Both the position numbers and the translations under genes were made by a program. The notes under the pieces are model-generated. The model saw nothing but the letters and a program-made list of their open reading frames with translations, was not told where the DNA came from and searched no databases. From Acanthaster planci (lineage: Eukaryota), in assembly GCF_001949145.1 (NCBI RefSeq), contig NW_019091356.1:4694934-4758933 (forward strand): a stretch of 64,000 nt of DNA, given 5' to 3'. Shown piece by piece: positions 24,901-37,699 of the stretch. Numbering within the stretch: the stretch's first letter is position 1; each line of letters opens with the position of its first letter.

Positions 24901-27900
24901 GATTGAAGATTGATAAAGAAAATTTATTATCTCCCTTCAAATCGAAAATGCAGATCAAGACCTATTGTCCGGATTCAGAAATCCCTCACCTTTGAACCAG
25001 AGCAGATAAATCTTGACGTCAGAGATTACCGGTTGCCATCTGGACAGGAAGTGTCAAGGTGAGGCCAGATTTCAGAGCAAGCTTTCTCAAGGAAGTATCT
25101 GAATATTGTAGCTGTTGGACTGTTGTTTACTTGTTTTGTTAGGGCATCCGCGCTCTATTTCCGCATTTGTTTTATTGCTGTCTTCGTCGTGTTCATGTCG
25201 TTTTTAATGAAGACAAAATCTGTCTTGCTCTGTTGCAGTTTTAACGTCACAACTTGTCTCACAGCCAAAGGACAGGATATTCCAGCAACTGTTGGTAGGC
25301 ACCAGTTCACAATATTCATTTCATCAGTGCCAAATAAATGGAAATGCATGTAAAAATAAACTCGATTCCCGGGATTATTTGGGTGTGTTGTTCCGTTGAT
25401 TTTGTCACTAAACTGAAAATTGTAAATTACTATGTCTAATGGGAAGAGTCTCATCACACAAAGCTTTGATATTTGTCTAAGAAGAGTTTTATTATTACAT
25501 TAATTAGTGAGAGCCGATCCAGTTTCAAGACTCTTATCCATCAGTAAGCGGTTCCTGGCCTCTCTGTTGATTGGTATATTTTTATCTAATTATATTTCAA
25601 GATGTGAAATACAATTTACAGCTCGATGCTGTGTTACCCACGACCTCACGAGCAGCATTTGTACTCGATACCAGCTTGGAACTGTCAGAGATGACGCGCA
25701 GAGTCAAGCTGACAACTGACGCAGAGATGTGTCAGAAGGACCTGGTCTATGTTAAGGTAACCATGCATCCAGATTCGTTTTGGATAGTCAAATCCGAAAC
25801 CGTCATTTCATGTAAAAAAAAATGAATCCTGACTAGCTGCATTTGTGTGTAAGTCAATTTCGTAATCCTGCTTAAGACGAAACTTTCTTGTGTAAAATTA
25901 TATTTTCAAACCAAAACTATCGGTTAGCAAAGTTCTGAAACATTTTGGTGCCTTTTCTGATCAATTTGTGACTTTACCTTAACCCGTAGCTTGTGATTGT
26001 TGAGAAAAATCTCCCAATTGGAGTCCGTCTCAGCTACGAGCTTGACCCAGCAGATACCACACCTCCTCAGGGATCATCGACGGCATCTACTCCAGTCCCA
26101 CCCATTCTGAACTCAACCCCTGAACCTGTCCTCTTAAGATCAGTGAGTCCTTGTATCGAAAAAGAGGGAAAATAAAATTGTCTCTTTTACCGTTTTGCAA
26201 TTGCCAAAATTGCATAGATGTGATGATTTGGAAAAACGTTAAATCTTATAATGTATTTCTGTTGGTTTGCTATCTTTCAGCTTTTAATAAAAAACACATG
26301 CAAGAATTATCTCTGTGCGCCAGACCTTGTGTTGACTGCAACTTCGTAAGTTAGGAGAACATTGGTATTTCGTTTAGCATCATGCAGAGTTGGATTTCTT
26401 TTGATAATAACCTTTTTTATGGAAATTCTTTATTGTTCTTGGTAAACATTGCATGATTGTCACCTAAATTCCTGTTAGAAAAAGAAATACCTGTTATCAG
26501 TCGGCAGAGTTTATAATAGCTAAGACTATTGCAACGAAAATTGGTAAAATGTATAATATGTGTGGTTTTATATCCATACTCGTTCAGAAATATCCAGCGT
26601 GTTGCCCTAGGCGATGACTGGGAACTCAGTCTTCAAGTGACGGTTACAAACCACGGAGAGGACGCTTACGAGGCCACTTTTCAAGCCAACATTCCCGAAG
26701 GAATGGCATTTATTCGAGTAGAAGGAACCTCGGTAATATAAGTTCCAATTTCGTCGATTTTACAGAAGCGTGCGTTACTTGTAATTGGACAGTTATTATG
26801 TACTTGCTAACTACATAGGCCATGCAGTGACATTTAACGAGGGACAAAAATAGTAAACATAGAACCTTGCTGGTTTTAACCTTAATCCCCTGGAGTGAAT
26901 TTAAACTCACATTGAAATCGGAGGATTTGGGACTGTTAGGATTCATGCAAGGAATTAAACCGAGCAAAAACCCTTTCTCATGGTTTTTCTAGGATCTGTC
27001 AGTGACATGCAGCTTAGATGAAGACAGCAGAGTCTTAACGTGCGACATTGGAAATCCTTTACCAGAAGAATACATGGCGAGTACTTTTTCTCAATAGTTA
27101 TCGTAATGAATGAGTAATCTTGAAAAAGTTACAAATACAATGCGTAATACAGCATTTTGTTCACTATTTAAGAGATCAATTATTCTTATTCTTTCACTAG
27201 CACCTATGTCTTTATGAGAACAACTTTAACTTTTTTAACTGCAGGTTAATTTCGGTATAACCATCGGAAACGACCGTTTAGCGGATGAGAAGGATGAATT
27301 AATCATAAGTATGAAGGTGGATAGGTATGATGAGACGGGGTCTTAGTAACCATAGTAACACAGCTAATTTATGTGATATTGCTTAGTGATACTATTTATG
27401 GATTCATGAAAAGCATATATTGTTATGGCCCAGATGGGATTCAAACCGTATACCCACTCTGATTAAAGTTGGGGAAATCATTTTGTGATAAGGTTTTATT
27501 TGATATGATAGGGTTCTATCCGAAAACTGCGTTCAGCATGTCACTTCTCTGTACTGAGGCTATGTAGGGAGTCTTCGAACATACCCTTGGATCTAACTTC
27601 GATACTTTAGCAATTTTGACCTCGACTAATTTTTTTCTTCAGTTTAAACTTTGAACCGATGAATCTTACAAATGACAACTATGCCAACGTGACAGTGGGT
27701 GTATATGCTACCGCACAGCTAGGCCTTTATGGGTAGGTTTGATTCTCTGAAAAAAGGTATTATTTACTTAAACTTAAAATTTTATCTACGTAGATGTTTT
27801 GTACATTAATCAAGACATTGAAATGAAATATTAAACTCAGACGTTTGTGGTATTATTTCAATATTGTATACCACTACAAGCGTGTATATGCATCTGAAGG

Positions 27901-30275
27901 TTTTATTTAAGAAGCGTACAAACCTTCCATAGCAACAGTTCCCTATGTACTGTTGAGCGCATTGCAAAGACTGTGTGAGCAATAATATGAATACACCTAA
28001 TGATATCTGACTTGTACTTCCTTAGCGTTTCTACACCAGAGCAGGTGCTCTTTACGCGCTCCAACGGCAGTTATAACCCACCAGACCCTCAAAGAGAGGA
28101 AGACGTGGGGGCAGAGGTCACGCACCTATACATGGTGAGGTCACNNNNNNNNNNNNNNNNNNNNNNNNNNNNNNNNNNNNNNNNNNNNNNNNNNNNNNNN
28201 NNNNNNNNNNNNNNNNNNNNNNNNNNNNNNNNNNNNNNNNNNNNNNNNNNNNNNNNNNNNNNNNNNNNNNNNNNNNNNNNNNNNNNNNNNNNNNNNNNNN
28301 NNCTAATATTACGTGGTTTTTAAAATCTTTGGTCTTCACATTTCGTTAAATGATTCCTGTATTTCGATATTTTTAACCGAAGCTTCGCAACAAAGGTCCT
28401 AGTGAGGTTGGCCACACAAAAATAGAGATTTCCTGGCCGTTGATTTCTTCTGATGGGGAATACTTGCTGTATCTGATCAGTGCAAAACTCGGAACAGGAG
28501 AGGATTGTCATGTACAAGGCGGTGTTAACCCTGAAGATCTTGAGGTATGGTAATAATTTGCTTAAACAATTAATCAGAATATACATTCACTTTGATTAAC
28601 ATGAATTATTTAACCAAACAAATATTTAGGAAAACAAAGAGAGGAGTAGATACGGTTTTTCATCTCATGTTAAGATGTTCTTTGTAAGGTAAATAAATAA
28701 TTCAATGCTGTTCAATTCCTCATTTTTTTCTCAGCTTACGGAAGCCGAGGACATTACGGATAACTCCACTTCGTCTAGTCTCTTGAACTCTGATCAGAAA
28801 TCGCGCAAACGACGGCAGGCTAACAACAGCTCCATGTCAGCTCTTCCCCAGGTTGGAACTGGGGTTCCCATAGAGTGCAAAAGCCCATCACTCCATTGTG
28901 TGCAAATCACGTGTAATATAACGGCCCCCAGCGTCGGTGGAGAGGATATAGACAGCGCCCTCATACGGATCAAATCAAGGCTTTATGAGAAAACATTCAA
29001 AGGGGTATGTTTCTCAATTAAAAAATATAATACGTGTCGTTTGTTGTTGTGTCCAGAAATTCCAATCGTTTTATTCTGCTCTGATGGCGTTGTCCCATTT
29101 CGCTAGGCCCAGCTGGCCTCAGTACGATTCTGTTATCGATGAAGAGATTTTCAGAATTCTCATTTTTTAGTTTTAGTGATTATGCGCCCGGACGTAATCC
29201 AGAACCATGCATGAAATTGACTTTTCCGAGGATAACCAAAATTGCCTGCATTTTGTTGGTTTGCATACAGAAAGATTACGTTGAAGTTTTTATATCATCC
29301 ACTGCTAACGCAAGTGTGTTGACTATGCCGTATAGAGAGTCACTTCTTCCGGATACATTCCCAACAGCTACTGCACAGGTAAATGAACACTTCACAAAAC
29401 AAATATTTATTCTTTGCTTGACCAATGGCTAAAACCTTTATGATGACGCAATACAGGCGATTCACAACAGTGCGCCTCCAAGAGTTTGCACAACTCGCGA
29501 AATTTGCCAACCCTTTTGAAACACGCATTGGGGTCGACTAATTTCGCTCGTTGTGATTGGCCAACGCGTGGAAAACTCTTGGAGGCGCTCTATTGTGAAT
29601 CGCCCGTATTAGTAAATATTATAATCAGATGAGTCAGCTGAAATATGTAGGATCAAGTCTTTCATATAGCAGGACTCTTCATTGCTGGGTCGAGGTTTGA
29701 GCTCGGTTACAAGTCACTCAGGTATACTCATCAAAACTTTCATGTACACATCGACCGACTTACACGGATCACATCTGCAATGAACGCCCTTTTGGTAGTG
29801 CCCATATCTGTCATACTGTTACCAACGCACAAGTTGTAACTATAGTTCCCGTTTTTGTTGATGATTTACATGTATCTAGGCAACGACTCCAGTGATTGGT
29901 CAAACTCCAGAGCCACCTATACGTCGGCCGACCGAAGTTACCATCATTCCATTTTGGGTGTACATTGTGGTGGCGATCGTTAGTAGTATCATAATGCTCC
30001 TTGTCGTTCTCGGATTGTGGAAGGTAAATTTCAACCTTCAATTTAGAAGTGAAACGTTTTAGACTTGGAAGAGCTCCTAAGAGCCCACATCCAGAACGAT
30101 TTTTTTCGACGTTCCCTTTTCGCTCACAGGAGGGTACTTGTCAATTCATTCTCTCCTGTTTTATTGTTTAATTATGCAGTGTGGATTCCTCAAACGAAAG
30201 AAGATACATCCACCCAACGCCCAAGGAGCTACGCAAGATAATTGGCAGGAGGAAGTATTAATTGATGAGAAATAA
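15980..30275 (+). CDS. Integrin alpha subunit without I-domain (alphaV/5/8/PS2-like), 28 exons, ~1060 aa
   Basis: Exons 15980-16158, 18244-18362, 19964-20061, 20541-20676, 21171-21235, 21509-21554, 21826-21995, 22720-22826, 23210-23312, 23732-23834, 24006-24103, 24518-24608, 24735-24780, 24954-25058, 25239-25294, 25602-25756, 25990-26142, 26281-26345, 26588-26732, 26993-27076, 27245-27324, 27643-27732, 28026-28134, 28383-28544, 28735-29004, 29271-29378, 29880-30023, 30180-30275 (3183 nt, in frame). It has a signal peptide then AFNMD, FG-GAP repeats ([32 protein letters not shown]), [14 protein letters not shown], an RKRR cleavage site, a TM helix and KCGFLKR. Confidence 0.95.
18691..19268 (-). 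mobile_element. AcademH-like non-autonomous DNA transposon with a RecQ-helicase fragment
   Basis: TIRs TAGTCTGG...CCAGACTA, with further imperfect inverted similarity (GGCATCACCCA/TGGGTGATGCC). Perfect 9-bp TSD ACGCGAAAC at 18682-18690 and 19269-19277. ORF 18788-18997(-) encodes LQPMQ...[17 protein letters not shown], resembling the RecQ Q-motif and motif I. Confidence 0.8.
19318..19706. mobile_element. Nested MITE
   Basis: TIRs CGGGGTCAAGTTCGATCAAGGACCAC ... GTGGTCTTTGATCGAATTTACCCCG. Confidence 0.7.
20169..20356. repeat. Minisatellite, 43-bp unit, ~4.4 copies
   Basis: Unit TACTGTCGACGACAGAGGTCCTTTAATGTGCTATAACCA.. starts at 20169, 20212, 20255, 20298 and 20342. Confidence 0.9.
20781..20990 (+). 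repeat. Interspersed repeat family A, copy 2
   Basis: Similar to 9244-9470 and 47170-47362. Confidence 0.7.
22117..22389. mobile_element. GC-rich MITE-like element
   Basis: GGCGGATCCAGG at the left end and CTCTGGATCC at the right end, with internal G/C runs. Confidence 0.5.
29450..29611. mobile_element. Palindromic MITE family B, copy 2
   Basis: AATACAGGCGATTCACAACAGTGCGCCTCCAAGAGTTT ... AAACTCTTGGAGGCGCTCTATTGTGAATCGCCCGTATT. Confidence 0.75.
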
Positions 30276-32589
30276 ACCATTTTCTCATAGGCAACGTCTG
30301 GGTACCCTCCACTGAGTTCCCTTTACATGATGGGGAATATGGAACGCAAACATGCTGTTTTACTTCAGTAACTTTTGTTCAAAAGGGGTCTACGTTTTAG
30401 GATACTTTCATCATTCAAGCTGTATTTTCCCCTGATCTGCAATAATCCTACACAGAACACATGGATCGTCACTTAAAAATAAAGAAAAGTGGATCAAGTG
30501 GACTATAATACATAACTTGTAATTGTAAATGAAATAAGACGTAAAAAGCGTATTTTTACTTGTTTGACCAAGTGCAGTGTTGCCATACCCGCGTATTTAT
30601 TGAGTAAAGGTTTAGTATTTTGTAGAGTTGTGGGTAGATTTTCGTTTTCTATAGACCTTCAAATCCTATGCTTTCTAGCAAAAATCTGCAAGTGCAGTTT
30701 TAAAAATATATATCTCTGGTTTAATTTGGAAGAGTTAATCCTGTCCACCTTTTCACCAGAAGCTAATGTATGAAACTGAGTACTGTAGGAATTACTTTCA
30801 GCGTATTAAAAATAGGGTTATTGCTGTATAGTAAAAAAAAAAGGTTAATTGAAAAATTGTTCTTGTGATTCTGACAACGTTGTCAACCCAAGGATCAATA
30901 CTCTAATGATTAGAAAATCTTTGTCTAGACTTACTAACAGTAGCATTTGAACGTGTGGAGAGTATTTGAAGAGTTTGGTGATTAGTAAGTTGGAGCCAGG
31001 AATATGTTCTTCTCACTGTGAGATTTGAAGGAAGAATAAGCATACCGTTTTTATATATTTTTGTATCGTTCTCGTAAATTTGCCTTGTTCGATTTGTATA
31101 ACAAAATTTTCAAAGATGCATTTTTAGCTTCCCTAACTTTAAGGCATGTTCTCGTAAGCTTGCAGCACGAGCGCCGCCAGGACTCTTCCGGGGGTGGGGG
31201 GGCAAAGAACTTTTTTCAAAGGAAGGGGGATTTCTAGCGGGGCAAGACATTCATCAACAATGAACTGATAAACCTGTTAACAGTGGAAAGGGGTCAATTG
31301 CGGTTTTTCCAGACAATTTGGGATTGTCATCCTCATGATTTCGTCTCTTGTTTAACTTTTCCCCAAGTTTCCGTTCTGCGAACGACGTCCATGGCTTGGA
31401 GTTAGTTGTATATAGAACGTGCTACGTCCGTACCATAGACTTAATCACAGATCAAAACCGTTCGTTTATTGAGATTGATGTCATTGAGAAATACAGGTTT
31501 AATTTGCTACTTGTTTTATAACTACAGAATTAAATTGATCTGATCATATGTTTCTTTAAAATCTGTTTGTGAAACATGCTTCGTGAGTCATCCCTTTTTA
31601 CAGAAAGATCACATTATATTATTGTTCTAAAATGTAAGCTACTGTCACTCACACTGATTCGACCAGTATCCACGAGTTATACGGGTTTAACCTCGTCCCT
31701 ACCGTCTTGCTTGTTTGAAAAAAAGGGGCCACGATTATCCCCAGGTCAGGGTTGCCCATTATAGCTGTGCTCTTGTTACGCAATTACATGTACAAGTATA
31801 AATGAAAGATGGGCTTTCAGCGCATCTCATCAGATTCGCGTGTGATTCTGTGTTTATTCTTACACCAACCGCCATGTAATGACATGGACGTTCCTTCTGC
31901 CCATTTACCTGCGTTATTTCTTTCGGAAATCGTCCATCAACTCGTCGTTCATGGAAGTCACATGCAGTTCATCTTTGGGAGCCTTGCTCTGCTCCAAGCT
32001 TACAACTTTTGGTGAGCATAAACATGAATTAAATTAAATTTTGTGTCGATGATAAGTTAAGCGGCTTAAGTTTGTTGTTACACTTGAGGGTTTTAGTTTG
32101 TCGAGGTTATAGACCTCAGTGTTTAACAGTTTGCTAAATTCTTTTCTATCCTTCGACATGGTGAGGGCATCTAACGGCCAGGAATCCTCTCTCGCGGTCA
32201 ATAAAGCTTGTCGCTCTTGGTGAGCTTCGCAGATACAACCTGTTTGCGGGTATCGGCACCTAGTTGCGCTTTATAACATTCACAACGTTTTGATGCAAAC
32301 CTCGTCTCTGCACACTGGCAGCTGGTAACTTATCGTATGCAAACAGCAGGCCCTGGTGGACATTATGGGAGTCCATGGGGGACTCCTCCCCCTTAGGAAA
32401 GTAGTAACAACATTAACCTTATCCAAATATTTCAGTAGCATCACAAATGTTGATGGCACTAGATGAACTTCTGCCTGTGAATGGTTCGTATTCCGGGATG
32501 CCACTGTCCTTAGGCATAATTACCTGCTATGTTCTATGCACCACACATTACAGCTGCTATCCAGCTGAGCATGATGCCCGTCGCTGTCG

Positions 32590-32850
32590 CATGGCGGAAA
32601 TTTGTGCCGGAAATTGGGGGAGGGGATAGGGAAGGGGGGGTGACTTGCCCGACCATGAAAATTAGAAAAGCGAGGAGGGGGGTGACGCCATATGACTATG
32701 TAGAGGGTCTATACATAGGTCGGTTTCCCTTTTTGAGGGATAATGAATGCATTTTAGTTGTTGGAAGTCCGCTGTACTAATTATTTTGCTTACCACAAAA
32801 ATGTATGTGCGTTTGTGTGTGGGGGGGGTTCGATAGCCCATCCCCCGAAG
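32590..32850 (+). repeat. Interspersed repeat family C, copy 1
   Basis: ATTTGTGCCGGAAATTGGGGG...GACTTGCCCGACCATGAAAA is shared with 36518-36850 and 37700-38052. Confidence 0.65.
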
Positions 32851-33317
32851 AAGAGACGAATCACTGCGATGGTACCGCTGACAACATCCCGCCATCTTCA
32901 CCAAGGCACTTGCTTCTGAGCTTAAAGCGACGACATAGTGACAAAAATTCATTTCTTTTCATTTCAACATGTAAATTGGATTTCAATTCGTCTTTACTTT
33001 AATTTAAACTATGTTTCACTTCCCTCCTGCTGTTTCAAACATGCAACAGCTGATGCTGGTATAATTATTGTAAAGATCCAATGTGTGGTTACTACCATTT
33101 ATTGTTACTGTATCGATTTCCTTCTTCAACTGTTTATTCAGTGTTTGTTGAATGCTGCACATGTGTCTCAAAAATCCATCCTTCTGTAACCAGTGTAACG
33201 AAGGCCTAGAGATATGGGTGGCTCTGGTGGCAAACAGGCCACTCTGCTTAGTCTACACAGGATTGTAGGGACGAGACAGTTCTGTGGCTACTTCGACCAC
33301 TCTCTGTAAAAGAAAAA

Positions 33318-35197
33318 ATGGCACGTGCGATTTGGAGCGCTTTTCTTTTATTGGTAGCTTTTGCCACGGGTGGTTTCTTCACGCGGATGCTTACAACGTA
33401 TTTGCATCAGGAGAATCATTATCAATTACAGCTAGCCAAAATTTTGGACGCAAACCATCGATCACTTATTTCCCATGCCACCAAAGAATCGCCATCATGG
33501 ATCACTCAGCCGGGTTTGAACCGGGCATTTGGTCCGGAAAGTGCGTCAACGGACAACTCAAATCACGGTACGTCGAGTGTGTAAATGTAATGCAAAGATA
33601 TATATCATGAAAAGCTATTTGAAAATCAGGAGAACACGAACAACAAAAGGTTCTTTTTTCTTTTTTTTTTTAAATATTTCAGCAATACTTTTGTCGGATC
33701 TCATGGTACAACGCAGATGTAGTAGACTTATTTCTTATAGTTCTGTTTGTTTTCAATTTAATTCTTACTACCAACCGATTTGTTTCCGTCTCTTGACTCT
33801 GCCTTTGTTTTCTTTGTTTGTTATATTTATGCTCAAAGTCATCCGTATATGCTTTTCTGTATATTTTTTGTTTCGTTTCTGAGTGTCTGAAGTTATTTAT
33901 GAGGCTCAATCGTCCTGCTCATTTAATTATTTTATTTTGACCAAATGATGATGAGGCAAACTTCCATTGTGGAGTGATGATTTAAAAATATCAGTGGAAT
34001 ATTTTATCGACATTTGAATATCATGGAACATTTCACGGTTGTCTAAACCCAACAGGTACACATCACTTGCCATATCCAGCAAAAACGTCGATCCCAGCCA
34101 GAATTCTCTGTTGGGTCATGACTTCACCGACTACTCTATACACTAGAGCTACTAATGTGCAAGAAACCTGGGGTCCACGGTGTGACGTTACATTGTACAT
34201 GAGCTCACAGACTGACCCGGATTTCCCAGCAATTGGGCTTGACGTGGCCGAAGGTAGATCCGCCCTGTGGAACAAAACCAAGTCTTCGTTCAGATACATC
34301 TTCAAACACCATTTGAACGACGCTGATTGGTTCATGAAAGCTGATGACGACACCTACGTCATAGTGGAGAACCTCAGACTGTTTCTTCAGGACAAAAACA
34401 GCAGCGCGCCGGTTTACTATGGTCACCGTTTCAGACCGTACATCCGGCAGGGTTATATGAGCGGAGGAGCAGGATACGTCATGAGTAAAGAAGCTTTGTC
34501 AAGGCTGATAGCTCAACTGAAAGCTAAGAAGGACTGCGGGGCATACCAGGGCATGACAGAGGCTGCGGAGGATGTTACGCTAGGGCTTTGCATGATGAAC
34601 TCAGGCGTTCTAGCTGGGGATTCTAGGGATGAAAAGAACCGAAGTCGATTTCTGCCCTTTGATGTGGAAACTTTCTTCAAAAACAGCCAGCCAGATTGGT
34701 ATTTTAAATTTTCAAAATATCGCGTGAAAAAGGTGAGCTAAAAGGACTCAAAGACCTTTGAAGGGGAAGCTTTCATTCAACAAGAAGATCCAGTCCAAGT
34801 TTCTTGTTTAGAAAGCAAAATGCTTTTAATTGATTTTAAAGGGATTGATAAAGACTATACGATACCTGATTTGTGTCATTGAGTAATCATGTTTTTACTT
34901 ACTCTATTAATGGAAGTAACTTAATTGCTGTCAATGTGATTTCTTATTTTAATGCAGAGAACCCTCTGAATAATTTTTGAAAGTGAAATCATTATGCATA
35001 ACGCGTCCGTCCGACTAGATAAAAATCAGTCTCACGTGTTGTTGTTTTCGTCTTCGTTTCAGGGCCGAAGCTGTTGTTCTGATAGTCTCATCACTATTCA
35101 TTACGTCAAAGATCGGACATCGATGTTACTGTTGGACTACTACTTACACGGACTGCACGTTGAGCCTTTTGTTAACTCGAAAAATATCGTTTCGTGA
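33318..35197 (+). CDS. Core 1 beta-1,3-galactosyltransferase (C1GALT1-like, GT31), 3 coding exons, ~353 aa
   Basis: Exons 33318-33567, 34056-34732, 35063-35197 (1062 nt). Type II N-terminal anchor. Motifs RILCWVMT, TWGPRC, DWFMKADDDTY, GYMSGGAGYVMS, EDVTLGLC, GDSRD, CCSDSLITIHY. May be a paralog rather than the ortholog. Confidence 0.92.
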
Positions 35198-36517
35198 ATA
35201 GTTTATGTTTACGATTGATTGAAAAAAGAAGAAGCCAAGCGCACCTTTTCATATCTGCCTCCACCAATCCAAATTACTCTAGCACGCCAAAGAGAATCGG
35301 GTTGGGTTGGGGAACAGATGAAGTGGCACCCCAGAAGTGGTCTACTTTAACTTTGCCGGGTAACGAAGGCATAACCTTTGAAATTGATGGACTTTTATAG
35401 AATTACCTCTTTCAGGAATGATCATCTTATCCAAACGTGAGATCAGATTTCGTATGAGAAATTAAACACAGACTGGAAGAGGGCGGATCAAGTTGTGATG
35501 TTATATCAATCCGTAAGCCTGTTATTGTTAACCATTTTTTTTATGAAGTAAGAATAGTTTGTGGCAGTCCATGTCGATCGACATTCCGATGGTGGTGTTT
35601 GACGAACTCTAGATGGCGCTATTTATTTTCACGTAATTTCTGGCCCTGGGGTTTCCCCACGGGAAATACCAAGAAGCTCGAAATGGTAAATTTTTCTCAA
35701 ATTAATTTTCAGAAAAAAGATATACCCCAATAATTATTATCGATAAATTTTCCAATGTATTACATTTTTGGATTCACAACTTTGAGGGTTGCTTTTAGCA
35801 TCGGTCTATATCAGAAACATAGTTCCTCGACACTGACTAAGGTGACGTCACTTACCCAAGAAGGGAATATTCTCAACGTTAATAGTCATTGTAATTTCTA
35901 TGGCGTATCTAGTGTGTCATCTCTACCTACACAGTGCGGTTCATTTGGTTCTTGTATTTCCGACGAAGCTGGTTGCTCAGAGATACACGTTGTTCGTGAA
36001 TTACCGACCGCGGTATTACCACACCAGTTGATCCAATTTCTGTTGAATTCGGTAAGTTACTTAATTTGACTGTCTACGATGAGATCCATGCATTAGGAAC
36101 AAACGTACCCATCTGTGTCCTTTGACTAGAAAATCTCTTGGCATTTCTTTATCGTATACACAGTATCTTTGGTGTGACATTGACACTAAAAAAAAAGTTG
36201 AAATATCTGGGCTTATGAACACAGTTCCGTAACCAATGGAGGAAGGCAAGGGACAACTGCAACCCCGGCCCCCTCGCACGGGAACTCTTGCCCTCCTCTG
36301 ACTTGGGCCCAGCTGCGCGTATGAAAGGGGGCACAGAGCGCAACTGCCCGTTGCCCCCTCTGAGATGAGCCTGGCTCATCATGAGCTGTTTTGTGTTAAA
36401 TATTCAATATTCTCCTCTGCACGAAATTGTTTCAATTGAATGTGGTATTCTTTACTGTCAGTTTTGATGTTCCTTAATAGTTTTGAAGTGAATAAATAAC
36501 ATTTCATTGGTTCTGCT

Positions 36518-36850
36518 CAGTGGCGTAATTTGTGCCGGAAATGGGGGAATAGGGGATGGGGAAAGGTGATGGGATGACTTACCCAGCCATGAAAACCTGA
36601 ATGGGGGGGGTATAGAAGTCGATGTTCATGATATTGATGTACATCTGTAATAGGCATTCAGAACGGCATATTATGGCTTTAATCTTTTTTTTTGAGTGAG
36701 AAACGTATAAAAGTCTAAAAAAAAATTTTAATTAAATATTTTGCTCACCAACAAAAGTGGAGGAATGATTCAATAGCCCATATGCCCCCCACCTTACCAA
36801 GTGGGGGATCTCCTACCCCCCCATCCGATTTACCCCCCGTGATTCCGCCT
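36518..36850 (+). repeat. Interspersed repeat family C, copy 2 (upstream of the secreted-protein ORF)
   Basis: CAGTGGCGTAATTTGTGCCGGAAATGGGG...GATGTTCATGATATTGATGTACA. Confidence 0.7.
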
Positions 36851-36944
36851 TCCCAACGATATTCCAATCTTGGTCATTCGTATAATAGCCGTTCTGATAA
36901 AGACCCTTCGTCTATTTTGCTTGTAGATCATACACCAATCATCC

Positions 36945-37649
36945 ATGGCGACTATTCAGTTTCTCTCAGCCATGTTGACCGTAATGATTGGCCTCTCTCA
37001 GGCCAGTTGTGACCAGACTGGTGACAGGGTCGTTCAGTCTCTCGAGGGCAGAGCAAAAGCATCGCAATATACGGTCTACGGTACTATCATCTCTGACCAA
37101 ATGCCAACAGCGGGCAATAATTCAACAAAGAAAGAGTACAAGGTAGTCGTGGAGCCGCTGTGTTGGCTCAAGCGCGGTAGCGAGTCCGGTAGCATCAGCG
37201 ACAGGACAACGGATGAGGACGGCGGACGCGGGTCAGGCAGCAACAAGACAAGTAATGCTGATCACAAGAATTCGACCCAAGAAGGCACAGGCCTGAACAA
37301 CATCACTGTGGCAGAGCACACCTACCCGGGGGACTGCATCCATAATGATCTCATAAAGGGCAAGAAATACATCTTGTTCCTGCAAAAGCAAACAGGACAG
37401 GACCAGTACTCGGTGGAAAATTTGGATGAGCAATCTGGTGTAATTACACCAGGAGACATGGCCTTTAAAGATTTGTACCGCGGCATTGATGCTAGCGTGG
37501 ATGGTCGTCCAATAGCCCATTGTAAGGAAGGAGAAGAAATACCTTGCTTCGTTGAAAACCGAGATGCCTGCAATAAAGGTGTGGTCCAGAGCGTAGCCCT
37601 TTTGACCTTGACTGTACTGGTTGTTGTTGCTTTAGCTTTCTGTTATTAA
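36945..37649 (+). CDS. Secreted, probably GPI-anchored protein with an NtA/NTR(TIMP)-like domain, 234 aa, single coding exon
   Basis: Signal peptide MATIQ...SQAS-C. SLEGRAKASQYTVYGTI, YKVVVEPLCWLK and DC...LIKGKKYILFL resemble agrin NtA-like folds. The C-terminus is hydrophobic with no cytoplasmic tail. A splice acceptor TTGCTTGTAG lies just upstream of the ATG. Confidence 0.75.
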   Translation: MATIQFLSAMLTVMIGLSQASCDQTGDRVVQSLEGRAKASQYTVYGTIISDQMPTAGNNSTKKEYKVVVEPLCWLKRGSESGSISDRTTDEDGGRGSGSNKTSNADHKNSTQEGTGLNNITVAEHTYPGDCIHNDLIKGKKYILFLQKQTGQDQYSVENLDEQSGVITPGDMAFKDLYRGIDASVDGRPIAHCKEGEEIPCFVENRDACNKGVVQSVALLTLTVLVVVALAFCY

Positions 37650-37699
37650 GAATTTATACAGCGATAAATTCGAGAAAGCCCATTGTATCAAACCAGTGT

